NCBI RefSeq assembly: GCF_001194135.2 | Contig: NC_069002.1 | Coordinates: forward strand, 9,280,414 to 9,332,244 | DNA from: Octopus bimaculoides | Lineage: Eukaryota | Direction of reading: 5' to 3' | Length of the DNA stretch: 51,831 bases | In this document: in pieces, positions 34,389 to 44,990 of the stretch | How the letters are laid out: each line of letters starts with the position of its first letter | Numbering within the stretch: position 1 is the first letter of the stretch | Made by a program: the position numbers and the translations under genes | The notes under the pieces: generated by a model | What the model saw: only the letters and a program-made list of their open reading frames with translations | Database searches by the model: none | What the model was told of the DNA's origin: nothing

Positions 34389-37300
34389 TGTACAATAGGC
34401 TACTTTTATCTACCAAATCCAATTCAAAAGGCTTTGGTCAGCCCCGTGCTATTGTGGGAGACACTTGCTCAAGTTGTCCCGCAGTGGGGCTGCCCCTGAG
34501 ACCACATGGTTGGGAAGTAACTCATGCCAGCATAAAAAACAGATGTTATATAATAATAATAATAATAATAATAAGGATGGTGGTGATGATGCTGATGATA
34601 ATGATGATGATGGTAGTAGGGTTTTTTTTTAAACATTGAATGGCTATGAGAGCCCATCTGAGTAAAATAGGAATAAAAGGGATCCATAGGCAAAATAAAA
34701 AATGGATGAGAACCACTGATTAAAGCCACAACTTCCACATCTCTCTCTTATGAACCTGGTGCTCCATGGATATACTAAAAAATTACATCAAAATAATGTA
34801 CTTACTTTTAGTGCTTTATCATTGAGGAGTAAACTCTTCTGTTTACTGTGCGGAGATATCTCGACATATCTGGAAAGGAAGAAAATAGAAAAAACATTGT
34901 CAGTAATTTGACTGTGGTCAAGCTGGAGCACTGTCTTTAGTCGAACAAACTGATCCCAGGACTTATTCTTTTTGAAAACCTAGTGCTTATTCTATTGGGT
35001 CCCTTTTGCCGAACTGCTATGTTATGGGGACGTAAACACACCAACACCAGTTGTCAAGATAAGGATACACACACACACATGCATGTGTGAACATGAGTTT
35101 ATTCTGCGTGAATTAGGAAACGGTGAGGAGTGAAAATTTTGGGACATGATTACAGTTGGAAAAAAAAAGCGTGATTACAAAAATGTTGACTTACTTCATG
35201 AATGATGGAAGATGCCGAACAGCTTCAGGGTCGGTTTGTTTAATGTGTTGTGTCATCATCTCGGAGTTCTTTTCAGGAAGAATTAAATAACTCAAAGGGC
35301 AGCTAAAGAAGTGGTCAAGAATACTGATCTGAAATTTAGAAAAGAGACCATGTCTTCTATTGCATCAAAGATCCAATGGCAAAAAAAAATAAAGAACTAG
35401 ATTAACAATTCACAGGGTTTAGTCCTTTAGCATTCAGGGACACAAGACATACTTACCCATACAAACACACACACACACACAACAGGCTTCCTTCAGTTTC
35501 CATCGACCAAATCTACTCAAGCCTATGGTCGGCCTGAGTTTGCAGTTGAAGACACTTGCCCAAGGTGTCGCACAGTGGGACTGAACCCAGAACCATGTGG
35601 TTGGGAAGCAAGTTTCTTACCAAACAAATGAAATAAATAAATAAAAACAGGAAGAAAAAGAGCAAATATAGAAGATGTGAGGAGAATAAAAACTAAGGAA
35701 ATATTACCTTGATTCCTTTCATGAAATAGGAGATAGAGAAGTTGTGGTAGAGGAACACATCAAGCAAGTACTCAAAGACTTTTGGCCCCAACTTGAAAGG
35801 AACATCAGCATTTAGCAGCGTCTGAAATGGTTTTTCAGAGAATATTAGTTCTACGACAAAGACTAGTTGGAATCGTTAGAAAACACACTCTGTAAAGCGG
35901 TTGGCGTTGAGAAGTGCGTCCAGTCGTAAAAACGAAAAGAAAAACTGAGAGAGATTAGTTTGGACTTCTGGGTTCACCAGTTCTTGCCAAACAATTCAAC
36001 TTATGCCATGAAGACCAAAGTTAAATGATGATGATGATGATGGTGGTGGTAGTGATGATGACAAGGATGATAATTATGGTGATGATGATGATAACAATAA
36101 TGGAGAAGATGACAATGATTATGATAATGGTGACGATGTGATGATGATGATAATGGTGATGATGATGGTAACGATGATGATAATATTGGTGACGATGACA
36201 ATAATGGTGGTGATGATGACGATAATGATGACTACTGTACTACACACTACCACACTATTACACATCACTTCTACTACTACACTACAATGACTACTAATGC
36301 AAAAACCTATTATTAGAACCATTACATTGCTGAAGACTGGGTGTTATGATGTGCATGCACCACAATCCTGGTAATGACATCTTGATTTCAATTTCCACCT
36401 TCATTACCAATCTGATTGAAATCGCCTCTGGCTCTGAGTACAAATGTCTTGTTTTCATAAGTTTTGAATTAAAACCTTCCTCCAAACCTTAGTCACAATT
36501 TATGTTCCNNNNNNNNNNNNNNNNNNNNNNNNNNNNNNNNNNNNNNNNNNNNNNNNNNNNNNNNNNNNNNNNNNNNNNNNNNNNNNNNNNNNNNNNNNNN
36601 NNNNNNNNNNNNNNNNNNNNNNNNNNNNNNNNNNNNNNNNNNNNNNNNNNNNNNNNNNNNNNNNNNNNNNNNNNNNNNNNNNNNNNNNNNNNNNNNNNNN
36701 NNNNNNNNNNNNNNNNNNNNNNNNNNNNNNNNNNNNNNNNNNNNNNNNNNNNNNNNNNNNNNNNNNNNNNNNNNNNNNNNNNNNNNNNNNNNNNNNNNNN
36801 NNNNNNNNNNNNNNNNNNNNNNNNNNNNNNNNNNNNNNNNNNNNNNNNNNNNNNNNNNNNNNNNNNNNNNNNNNNNNNNNNNNNNNNNNNNNNNNNNNNN
36901 NNNNNNNNNNNNNNNNNNNNNNNNNNNNNNNNNNNNNNNNNNNNNNNNNNNNNNNNNNNNNNNNNNNNNNNNNNNNNNNNNNNNNNNNNNNNNNNNNNNN
37001 NNNNNNNNNNNNNNNNNNNNNNNNNNNNNNNNNNNNNNNNNNNNNNNNNNNNNNNNNNNNNNNNNNNNNNNNNNNNNNNNNNNNNNNNNNNNNNNNNNNN
37101 NNNNNNNNNNNNNNNNNNNNNNNNNNNNNNNNNNNNNNNNNNNNNNNNNNNNNNNNNNNCTTCCACCAAACCTTAGTCACAATTTATGTTCCTAACACTA
37201 GCTGAATGATAACTAAGTTATTTTACTAAATTCTTTCTTATATTTAAAATAATTGAAAGAAACACAGAGCATCTCAACAGAAATATGGTAACAAAAGGGT

Positions 37301-40300
37301 TAAAATATATAATAGAGAAACAATTCTTAACCCTTTCGTTACCAACCCGGCTGAAACCAGCTTTGGCTCTGAGTACAAATGTCTTGTTTTCATAAGTTTT
37401 GAATTAAAATCTTCCACCAAACCTTAGTCACAATTTATGTTCCTAACACTAGCTGAATGATAACTAAGTTATTTTACTAAATTCTTTGTTATATTTTAAG
37501 TAATTGAAAGAAACGCAGAACATCTCAAAATAAATACGGTAACAAAAGGGTTAATATAAATATTAAAATCACAAACCTCATCAAGAAGATGAGTCATATA
37601 TTCTGATGGTGGTGGCACTTGAAACTTTTCCATGCACAGTTGAGATGACACCAGCTTGGGGAGGGAGTTGTGGACAGAATTCATGGTTGTAGCTACACCA
37701 AAAATGAAGACCAATGGTAAACGACATTGGTAGGAACTGGAAGAAAAAGTTCTAAATTTTGGCAAAAGAAATACATTTACTCATGTACAAATTTTTTAAC
37801 TGAAAAATTGAATTCATAAACATAAAGACAAGAATCCTCAACAGAAGAAGAAAAAAAATGAAAGAAAAACATGCAATAAGGATGTAAAGATGTTAGTTCT
37901 AACCTGCATATCATAATAAAATCTTGCAATGGTTTCAAAGTGAATGATTCCAGGTCTTCAAATATAATAATTATGTTTGGTAGATTTGGCAAAGAATCTG
38001 CATTTACAGTGTCTTCATTTTCTGACCGTTTCTTTTTTGCAGGTGAAGGAAATTTTCCAACTTTCTATGAAAACAAACACAAGAAACACTAAATTCAATA
38101 AATGGCAGCTTTAAATTTCTTAGATTAATTATTACTAAATCAATCAATTGAAGGTGCATGGCTTAGTGGTTAGGGCATTTGATTCATGATCTTAAAGTTG
38201 TGAGTTCAATTCCCAGTGATATTAAGTCCAATATGCCAGTCTCAGCAACTTTCATCAACTTTTTAATTAGTTTTTAATTAATAGACATTAAACTATTAAT
38301 CTTGTACAAAAAAAGAGTGAATATAAATCACTACTGACCTTGTATTTATCATAATACCAACCAGCCAATGTGTTCAGGGTACATGGAGCAGATTTTGGAT
38401 TCAAATCTTCTTCATCGTCTGAAAAGGACTGAAGAATTCAAAGTTAATCTAGGAAAGAAGTTAATCTAAAATAAAGACAACAGAGAACAGGGGGATAAAA
38501 AAAAACCCAGACATATAAAGAATTTGGAAGTGACAGCATGAAATGAAATCCTAAAAGAGATAAATAGTGATAGAGATGAAAAAAGGACAGTCTATCAATA
38601 CTTGAAAAGGTTGTGGATACCACTTTTTGACCTCCATATAAAAATGGATGCGCGGTTAAGAAGTTTCAGAATCAGTCTCACTGTAGGATACCTCCAGCGA
38701 GTGTCTTCTATTATAGCGTCAGACCAACCAATGCCTTAGGAGTGACTTTGGTAGATGGAAGGCGGCGAGCTGGCAGAAACGTTAGCACGCCGGGCGAAAT
38801 GCTTAGTGGTATTTCGTCTGCTGCTACGTTCTGAGTTCAAATTCCGCCGAGGTCGACTTTGCCTTTCATCTTTCCGGGGGTCGATAAATTAAGTACCAGT
38901 TACGCACTAGAGTCGATGTAATTGACTTAAACCCTTGTTTGTCCCCTCTATGTTTAGCCCCTTGTAGGCAGTAAAGAAATAAAATGGAAACTGTAAGAAA
39001 TCTGTCGTATATGTGTGCATGCATGCACATGTGTGTGTATGCATGTGTGCACACATGTATGTGTGCAGAATGTGTATGCATGGGTGCATGAATGTGTGTG
39101 TCTGCATGTATGTCCATCCTGGTTTTGGCACCACATGATAGTTGTGAATGAGTACCACTGTCATACAATTTCGATGTTCTGTGTAACCATGTCTGACACG
39201 GAGAAATATTTACCTTGCTTGGAAACAGGTGAGGGGGGGTGACAGGAAACATATCAGCCTTAAACTCCATCTGACCCATGCAAGCATGGAAAAGTGAATG
39301 TTAAAACGATGACAATAATCATCATCGTCATCCAGTTTTAAATAGGCACAGAGTCCCTGCATGTAGTTAGAGGTGACTAAGAGTTGGTGACAGGAGGAGC
39401 ACCCAGGTATAAAAAATATCTACCTCAATAAACTCTGTCCAACCCATGCAAGCATGGAAAAGTGGAGCTTATGATGATAACGCTGTTACTAAAACAACAA
39501 AAATACACAAAATAAAAAAAAAAGACTCTGAGACTCCAAAATGTGTAATTACCATTTGAGAAGATTGATGTATAATCTGTCCAAGAACTTGCTGGATAAT
39601 ATTCCTGACTGTGGTACAGTTTTTTGAGGTTAATGATGCAATCAGGGGACTGACCTTCTGTTGAAGAATGGTGCATAGATTGGAGAACATAACTGTATGG
39701 TCAGGAGTATTGACACCTAGAAGAGAGTATAGGAGATGTTGAGAAAGAGAGAGAGAGAGAGAGATAGGAAGAATGATGTTTGTGGTAACATAGGTTATAT
39801 ATCAAAAAGAAGTTTCATACAAAATTCCTCATGCTGAGAGAACAGCAACAGGAATGAAGATAAAATTGAATATATAATCCTCGGGGGAAGCACAATGGCC
39901 CAGTGGTTAGGGCAGCGGACTCGCAGTTTCGATTCCCAGACCGGGCGTTGTGAGTGTTTATTTATATATCTGTGTGTGTGTCTTTGAGTCTGGTTGTCCC
40001 CCACTTCAACGCTTGACAACCGGTGTTGGTGTGTTTATGTCCCCATAGCTCAGTCGTTTGGCAAAAGAGACCGGCAGAATAAATACTAGGCTTTAATAAA
40101 TAATTCCTAGGTTGATTTATTCGGCTAAAACCCTTCAGAGCGATGCTCCAGCATAGCTGCAGTGAAACAACTGAAACGAATAAAAGAATATAAATCCATG
40201 ATGATTCCATCATTTAGCCCACAACTTGCAGGTTAAACGGTGTGAATACTAATGACTTGATTGACAAAGCGTTCAGTTAAGCTCACCTGTAAACAAGACT

Positions 40301-43300
40301 GCAGTCGGTATCTCTTGAGTCCTTGATTGCCTTGATGCTGAACCTGTGTTGTTGCTTAGGCTGAAGTTGATGTTGCATGATCTTATGTACTTCAATAAAC
40401 TACTGAACAAGTTCTCAGTCATGTCAAACTGTAAGTCCTAATGTAAAATAAACAAACATGTAATTGATTGAGTTCACCTTCTTGTACCTTGAGAATTTAC
40501 TCTGACACCCCACCACTACAATTTTTACAATCTTCTTTAGTTACTTACACCCACCCTTATATAAAGCAGGGTAAACTTTTATTTCCTCTACAGCAACACT
40601 TTTGTTCCAGACTCTCTCTGTCATACTTTACCCTTTCAACACCAGGTATAAAACCACCATTACCACCACCCCTATCAAATATTTTCCTCACTTAGTTGAG
40701 GGAGCTTTTTCCTTTTGCCCCCGTTTTTTTTTTTTTTCCTGTCTTGCAAGTTACTTGACGATCTCACTACTGCTAGTGGCATAAAAAAAAAACACTGTAA
40801 AGTAGGTAGGTAGCAGGAAGGGTCCCTAACCATATAATTCAATGCCAAAGCAGACACTGGAGCTTGGCACAGTCCTCTTACTCATTGCTTTCTTTTGAAT
40901 TGTACCACCCATGCCAGCACAGAAAACAGACATTAAACAGCAAAGATGATGGTGACAAATTTGATGACAATGAACAGAGTACAACAGTTTACTAAGAAGA
41001 GCTATGATCTATTCGGAATACTGATCACACGGTCATTTTGCAATGATTACCTAAATGCTATCCCTCTCTCACTCTCTGGGAGAGAGGCACAAGCACATAC
41101 ACAGACATATACACACACGGCAGTAACTTCCGCCTACCAAATTCAATCACAAAGCTTCGGTCTGCTCGGGGCTATAGCAGAAGACACTTGCCCAAGGTCT
41201 GCTTATTCAGAATCAACTTGGGACTAAACAACAGCAAACTAGTTGAATACTAAGGAAAGAGGAAAGATCACATTTAATACAAAGAGGCACACAGACAGAT
41301 AAATGCTGAAGATGACGTTGGTGCCACATAAAAAGCACCCAGTACAATCTGTGATTTGGTTGGCACTAGGAAGAGCATCAGGCAGTAGAAACCAAGTCAA
41401 AACACACTATGGAACCAAGTGTGGCCTCTGGCTGTGCTAACTCCTGCCAAGCCGTCCAACCCATGTCAGCAAGGAAAATGGACGTTAAATGATGATGATG
41501 TGATAATGAGGATAACCAGAGGAAAAAAATCTATTTGACTTAGAAGCACAGATAAGCCATTATGTTTCCAACCAGGATTTTTTGATTCTGGTCACACATT
41601 TTATTTTACAAAGTGAACCCGAATGAGGAATATAGCTTTACTGGGTCTGCCAATCTACTGCCAGACTTAAAGAAATAAGTAACAAGGTTGATTTATTCGA
41701 CTAAGCACTTCAAGGCAATGCACCAGCACGGCCATAGTTCAATGACTGAAATAAGTAAATAAATAAATAAATTAAAATAGATAAAAATATATCTACCTGG
41801 AATTTCTGGTTGATCTGATTCCAAGTATCTCTATGTGATTCAAAGATTAAATTAGCAATGGCATTTCTGTTAGATTTCAAAATTTCATCTAAAACAAAGA
41901 GAAAAAGTTCAATAGCAGGATTATGACAAACATCAAAATATTGGTTTCAAATTCTGGCACAAGACCAGCAATTTCAAGCAAGGGGCTAAATCAATTAAAT
42001 TGAGACCAGTGCNNNNNNNNNNNNNNNNNNNNNNNNNNNNNNNNNNNNNNNNNNNNNNNNNNNNNNNNNNNNNNNNNNNNNNNNNNNNNNNNNNNNNNNN
42101 NTTGATTCTTATTTTTAGATGAATGAAGGGGTAGGTTACACATTTTCAAAATAAAAAAAAACGGATTTACATACTTGTGTTTAGTCTTTTTTTGTTCCCT
42201 TTAAAGGCGAAGCATCCCTAAAAATAAAAATTTTAAAAAAAATATTGAAACAATTAATAATAGACCAAGACATAATTCTGGTATAAGTAACAGACAAAGA
42301 AATGACAGATACAAGAAGAATTATAGGTATCTTCTAGAATTTTTTATTACTATTAATTTCTAGAAAAAAAACTACACCAGAACTACAGTTTTTGAAAATT
42401 ATCTGGTGAAAATTTGATAAACCCGAAGTGGTTGGAAGAAATTGAACAAGATCCGTCTGGTACTTATCTTATCCGTCTCTTTTGCCGTACCGCTAGATTA
42501 TTGGAGCATAAACAAACCAACATACATATATGACAGGCTTCCACACAGTTTCCGTCAACCAAATTTACTAATCCAAGGATAAAAACCGCGGCGAAGGTAA
42601 AGAATACGCACACCTGGTGTTTAGGGTCTTTGTTACGCCGAAAATTGGAGAGGTTTAGGGTTACGTCGAAAATGGGTGGTGTGCGTATTCGTTACCTCCG
42701 CCCAAACCGGACCAAATTTTTCTGTCAGCGGCGGGCTGACAGAATCGTTATCGCACCGAATGAAGTGATTAGCCATATTTCTTCAGGCTCTTTACGTTCG
42801 GACTTCAAATTCCGCCGAGGTCGACTTTGCCTTTCATACTTTTTGAGATCGATAAAATAAGTACCAGTGGAGCACTGCAGTCAATGTAAATCGACTTACG
42901 CCCTGGTTAAAAAATTGCTGACCTTGTGCCAAAATTTGAAACCAATATGAATGTAGCTGTAGCTACACACAAATGATAAATACATAAAATAAAGAAATTC
43001 TATTATGTGTAACCACAACGACGTAATTACCTAATTTTATTAAAAATTCAACGATTATGCTTCAGATGATGTACATTACGACTATATATCGCAGTCCACA
43101 GTCACTCAAAAAAAAAAAAAAGTTCACAACAAATTCCGAAATAACAGAAATCTAAATCATCTAAAAATGTAACTCTGGAAAATTTTGTTAGAAATTACGT
43201 ATTTTTTCAGAAAGCTATAACAAAACAATATCAGTTATACCTTATAGTGTTCATATCAGCATACATAATTTTAATTACACGTAATATCGTTATGGCTTTC

Positions 43301-43394
43301 TTTAAATATATATATATATTATTATTATTTCATAATTTGGCGAGAGAATAAAGATAATAATGTAAGTTACCTTAGAAATAGAGCTTGTGGCCAT
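26041..43394 (-). CDS. ORC3: Origin recognition complex subunit 3, complete, 20 coding exons, 2151 nt / 716 aa
   Basis: Starts MATSSISK|GCFAFK and ends [34 protein letters not shown]. Internal motifs [66 protein letters not shown] match recalled ORC3. All 19 introns are phase-compatible (18 GT-AG, 1 GC-AG). Confidence 0.97.
26470..26740 (+). mobile_element. Degenerate LINE 5'-region fragment (RTE-like), in ORC3 intron 19
   Basis: GC-richer segment with GTCCCTGGTAGGGTCACCCA..CAGACAGGTC, resembling recalled RTE-clade 5' UTRs; no ORF. Confidence 0.35.
26877..26944 (-). CDS. ORC3: ORC3 exon 19 [22 protein letters not shown]
   Basis: tattacag|TCA ... TTA CA|gtatcc; phase 0/2. Confidence 0.88.
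27591..27707 (-). CDS. ORC3: ORC3 exon 18 [39 protein letters not shown]
   Basis: tttatatag|TGT ... CAA|gtaagt; phase 0/0. Confidence 0.95.
27904..28078. mobile_element. TTAA-flanked MITE, separate family
   Basis: TTAA CTCCTTTGTTATC ... GGTATCAAAAGGG TTAA. Confidence 0.6.
28230..28593 (+). mobile_element. Family A RTE-related 3' end, young copy
   Basis: Ends GACGTTAAACGAC(GAT)n; near-identical to 1-124. Confidence 0.75.
28754..28895 (-). CDS. ORC3: ORC3 exon 17 (R)[17 protein letters not shown]...QPHSYLK
   Basis: ttttctag|A ATC ... AAG|gtacgt; phase 2/0. Confidence 0.93.
29452..29543 (-). CDS. ORC3: ORC3 exon 16 [30 protein letters not shown]
   Basis: gtttcag|ACT ... TTC AG|gtagga; phase 0/2. 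Confidence 0.92.
30187..30281 (-). CDS. ORC3: ORC3 exon 15 (G)[31 protein letters not shown], followed by a GC donor
   Basis: ccccactag|GT ATG ... AAG|gcaagt; phase 1/0. Confidence 0.85.
30453..30540. repeat. 88-bp spacerless palindrome centred on GAATTC (ORC3 intron 14)
   Basis: Two mismatches across 44-bp arms. Confidence 0.9.
31027..31163 (-). CDS. ORC3: ORC3 exon 14 (R)[14 protein letters not shown]...FLKMLEDLD
   Basis: tttgtccag|A TTT ... GAT G|gtcagt; phase 2/1. Confidence 0.92.
31808..32380. repeat. 30-bp minisatellite GAAGAGAATTAAGAAACTTTTTGGTGGGAC spanning an N-gap (ORC3 intron 13)
   Basis: About 8 units before and 2-3 after gap 32047-32299. Confidence 0.95.
32477..32556 (-). CDS. 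ORC3: ORC3 exon 13 [26 protein letters not shown]
   Basis: gttgtcag|AGA ... TTG AG|gtttgt; phase 0/2. Confidence 0.9.
32955..33275 (+). mobile_element. tRNA-derived SINE family E
   Basis: Aligns along its length with 50331-50672. Confidence 0.75.
33528..33644 (-). CDS. ORC3: ORC3 exon 12 [18 protein letters not shown]...LPKYPLGKQ
   Basis: atttccag|AAA ... CAA|gtaaga; phase 0/0. Confidence 0.94.
34806..34869 (-). CDS. ORC3: ORC3 exon 11 (K)[21 protein letters not shown]
   Basis: ctttccag|A TAT ... AAA|gtaagt; phase 2/0. Confidence 0.9.
35195..35328 (-). CDS. ORC3: ORC3 exon 10 [15 protein letters not shown]...VRHLPSFM
   Basis: atttcag|ATC ... ATG AA|gtaagt; phase 0/2. Confidence 0.93.
35708..35821 (-). 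CDS. ORC3: ORC3 exon 9 [38 protein letters not shown]
   Basis: catttcag|ACG ... AAG|gtaata; phase 0/0. Confidence 0.94.
37327..37554 (+). mobile_element. TTAA-flanked MITE family G; a second copy ends at 37303 across the gap
   Basis: TTAA CCCTTTCGTTACC ... GGTAACAAAAGGG TTAA. Confidence 0.8.
37577..37736 (-). CDS. ORC3: ORC3 exon 8 (S)[17 protein letters not shown]...MTHLLDE
   Basis: cttccag|T TCC ... GAG|gtttgt; phase 2/0. Confidence 0.93.
37904..38064 (-). CDS. ORC3: ORC3 exon 7 [14 protein letters not shown]...[25 protein letters not shown]
   Basis: ttttcatag|AAA ... TGC AG|gttaga; phase 0/2. Confidence 0.92.
38339..38428 (-). CDS. ORC3: ORC3 exon 6 [30 protein letters not shown]
   Basis: ttcttcag|TCC ... 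AAG|gtcagt; phase 0/0. The acceptor was chosen by phase. Confidence 0.82.
38761..38983 (+). mobile_element. Full-length family C SINE (CORE-like) inserted into a decayed family B SINE
   Basis: GGCGGCGAGCTGGCAGAAACG...AAAGAAATAA; 6-bp TSD ATGGAA at 38755-38760 and 38984-38989. The central GCCTTTCATC..GGGGTCGATAAA..AGTACC resembles the recalled CORE domain; octopus OR2 is a described CORE-SINE. Confidence 0.8.
39553..39716 (-). CDS. ORC3: ORC3 exon 5 (G)[13 protein letters not shown]...HQSSQM
   Basis: cttctag|GT GTC ... ATG|gtaatt; phase 1/0. Confidence 0.92.
40287..40437 (-). CDS. ORC3: ORC3 exon 4 [19 protein letters not shown]...[10 protein letters not shown]
   Basis: acattag|GAC ... ACA G|gtgagc; phase 0/1. 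Confidence 0.92.
41797..41888 (-). CDS. ORC3: ORC3 exon 3 (N)[30 protein letters not shown]
   Basis: ttgttttag|AT ... CAG|gtagat; phase 1/0. Confidence 0.85.
42175..42217 (-). CDS. ORC3: ORC3 exon 2 [14 protein letters not shown]
   Basis: ttttag|GGA TGC ... ACA A|gtatgt; phase 0/1. Confidence 0.9.
42590..42702. mobile_element. Short MITE-like element with 25-bp terminal inverted repeats
   Basis: GGCGAAGGTAAAGAATACGCACACC versus reverse complement GGCGGAGGTAACGAATACGCACACC; left end recurs at ~44760-44800. Confidence 0.65.
43371..43394 (-). CDS. ORC3: ORC3 exon 1 MATSSISK
   Basis: ATG at 43394-43392; AAG|gtaact. Confidence 0.9.
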
Positions 43395-43436
43395 TCTGAA
43401 CCTTGAAATGTCAGTCACAGTGTTGTTTCAGAATTC

Positions 43437-43456
43437 GCGGGAAAATATACCACGTG
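43437..43456 (-). promoter_or_regulatory. E2F consensus (TTTCCCGC, 43444-43437) and E-box (CACGTG, 43451-43456) just upstream of the ORC3 ATG
   Basis: Exact TTTSSCGC match about 45 nt upstream of the ATG, in a locally CpG-containing patch of an otherwise CpG-poor window. Confidence 0.45.
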
Positions 43457-44990
43457 TAAAGATATTGACGTGTGTGTGTGTGTTTGCCCGTTATATATGT
43501 GTGTGTGTGTGTGTGTGAGTCTGTATATATCCGGTTTGATTTGCAAACAGGATATATAAGAACTAAAAACATGAGTTTATATTTTTCATTTATTTTTAAT
43601 CGGCAGAGGTTGTAGAGTTTTTTTTTTATAACCAGCAGAAATTTTAATGATTTTTTTTTTAGTTTTAAGTACATATCTCTGCCGGACTAATCTTTTCTGC
43701 TATAGACACAAGGTTTAATTTTTAGGGGAGGGGACTAATTGATTACATACACCCTCAATACTCAACAGGTACTTGTTTAATCGATCTCGAAAGGATGAAA
43801 GGCAAAGTAGAACGTAAAGAGNNNNNNNNNNNNNNNNNNNNNNNNNNNNNNNNNNNNNNNNNNNNNNNNNNNNNNNNNNNNNNNNNNNNNNNNNNNNNNN
43901 NNNNNNNNNNNNNNNNNNNNNNNNNNNNNNNNNNNNNNNNNNNNNNNNNNNNNNNNNNNNNNNNNNNNNNNNNNNNNNNNNNNNNNNNNNNNNNNNNNNN
44001 NNNNNNNNNNNNNNNNNNNNNNNNNNNNNNNNNNNNNNNNNNNNNNNNNNNNNNNNNNNNNNNNNNNNNNNNNNNNNNNNNNNNNNNNNNNNNNNNNNNN
44101 NNNNNNNNNNNNNNNNNNNNNNNNNNNNNNNNNNNNNNNNNNNNNNNNNNNNNNNNNNNNNNNNNNNNNNNNNNNNNNNNNNNNNNNNNNNNNNNNNNNN
44201 NNNNNNNNNNNNNNNNNNNNNNNNNNNNNNNNNNNNNNNNNNNNNNNNNNNNNNNNNNNNNNNNNNNNNNNNNNNNNNNNNNNNNNNNNNNNNNNNNNNN
44301 NNNNNNNNNNNNNNNNNNNNNNNNNNNNNNNNNNNNNNNNNNNNNNNNNNNNNNNNNNNNNNNNNNNNNNNNNNNNNNNNNNNNNNNNNNNNNNNNNNNN
44401 NNNNNNNNNNNNNNNNNNNNNNNNNNNNNNNNNNNNNNNNNNNNNNNNNNNNNNNNNNNNNNNNNNNNNNNNNNNNNNNNNNNNNNNNNNNNNNNNNNNN
44501 NNNNNNNNNNNNNNNNNNNNNNNNNNNNNNNNNNNNNNNNNNNNNNNNNNNNNNNNNNNNNNNNNNNNNNNNNNNNNNNNNNNNNNNNNNNNNNNNNNNN
44601 NNNATCAATTTGTAACGTGATGCAATATGATAATTATTTTATTTGTAGGCCTTTCCAATTCATGCCGATCGCCCCCTCCCCGCATCTTCTGCTGCTTTAC
44701 CCCCCCTACACACACTTTCTTTTTGCTTTTCTTTCTTTTCCTTTCTAATTTTTTTTTATCGAAGGTAAAGAATACGCACACCCGGTGTTTAGGGTTAGAG
44801 TTTTTGGATTTTTGAGTAATTGTTCAATTTGGTTATTCATTTACTTGTTTCAGTCATTTGATTGCAGCCATGCTGGAGCACCGCCTTAAGTCGAGAAAAT
44901 CGACCCCAGGACTTATTCTTTGTAAGCCTAGTACTTATTCTATCGGTTTCTTTTTGCCGAACCGCTAGTTACGGGGACGTAAACACACCA

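Noticed and set aside
36405-37303. Apparent extra MITE copies either side of gap 36509-37159
   Set aside because: Nearly the same ~33 bp flanks both gap edges, suggesting one element split by mis-scaffolding; copy number is not trusted.
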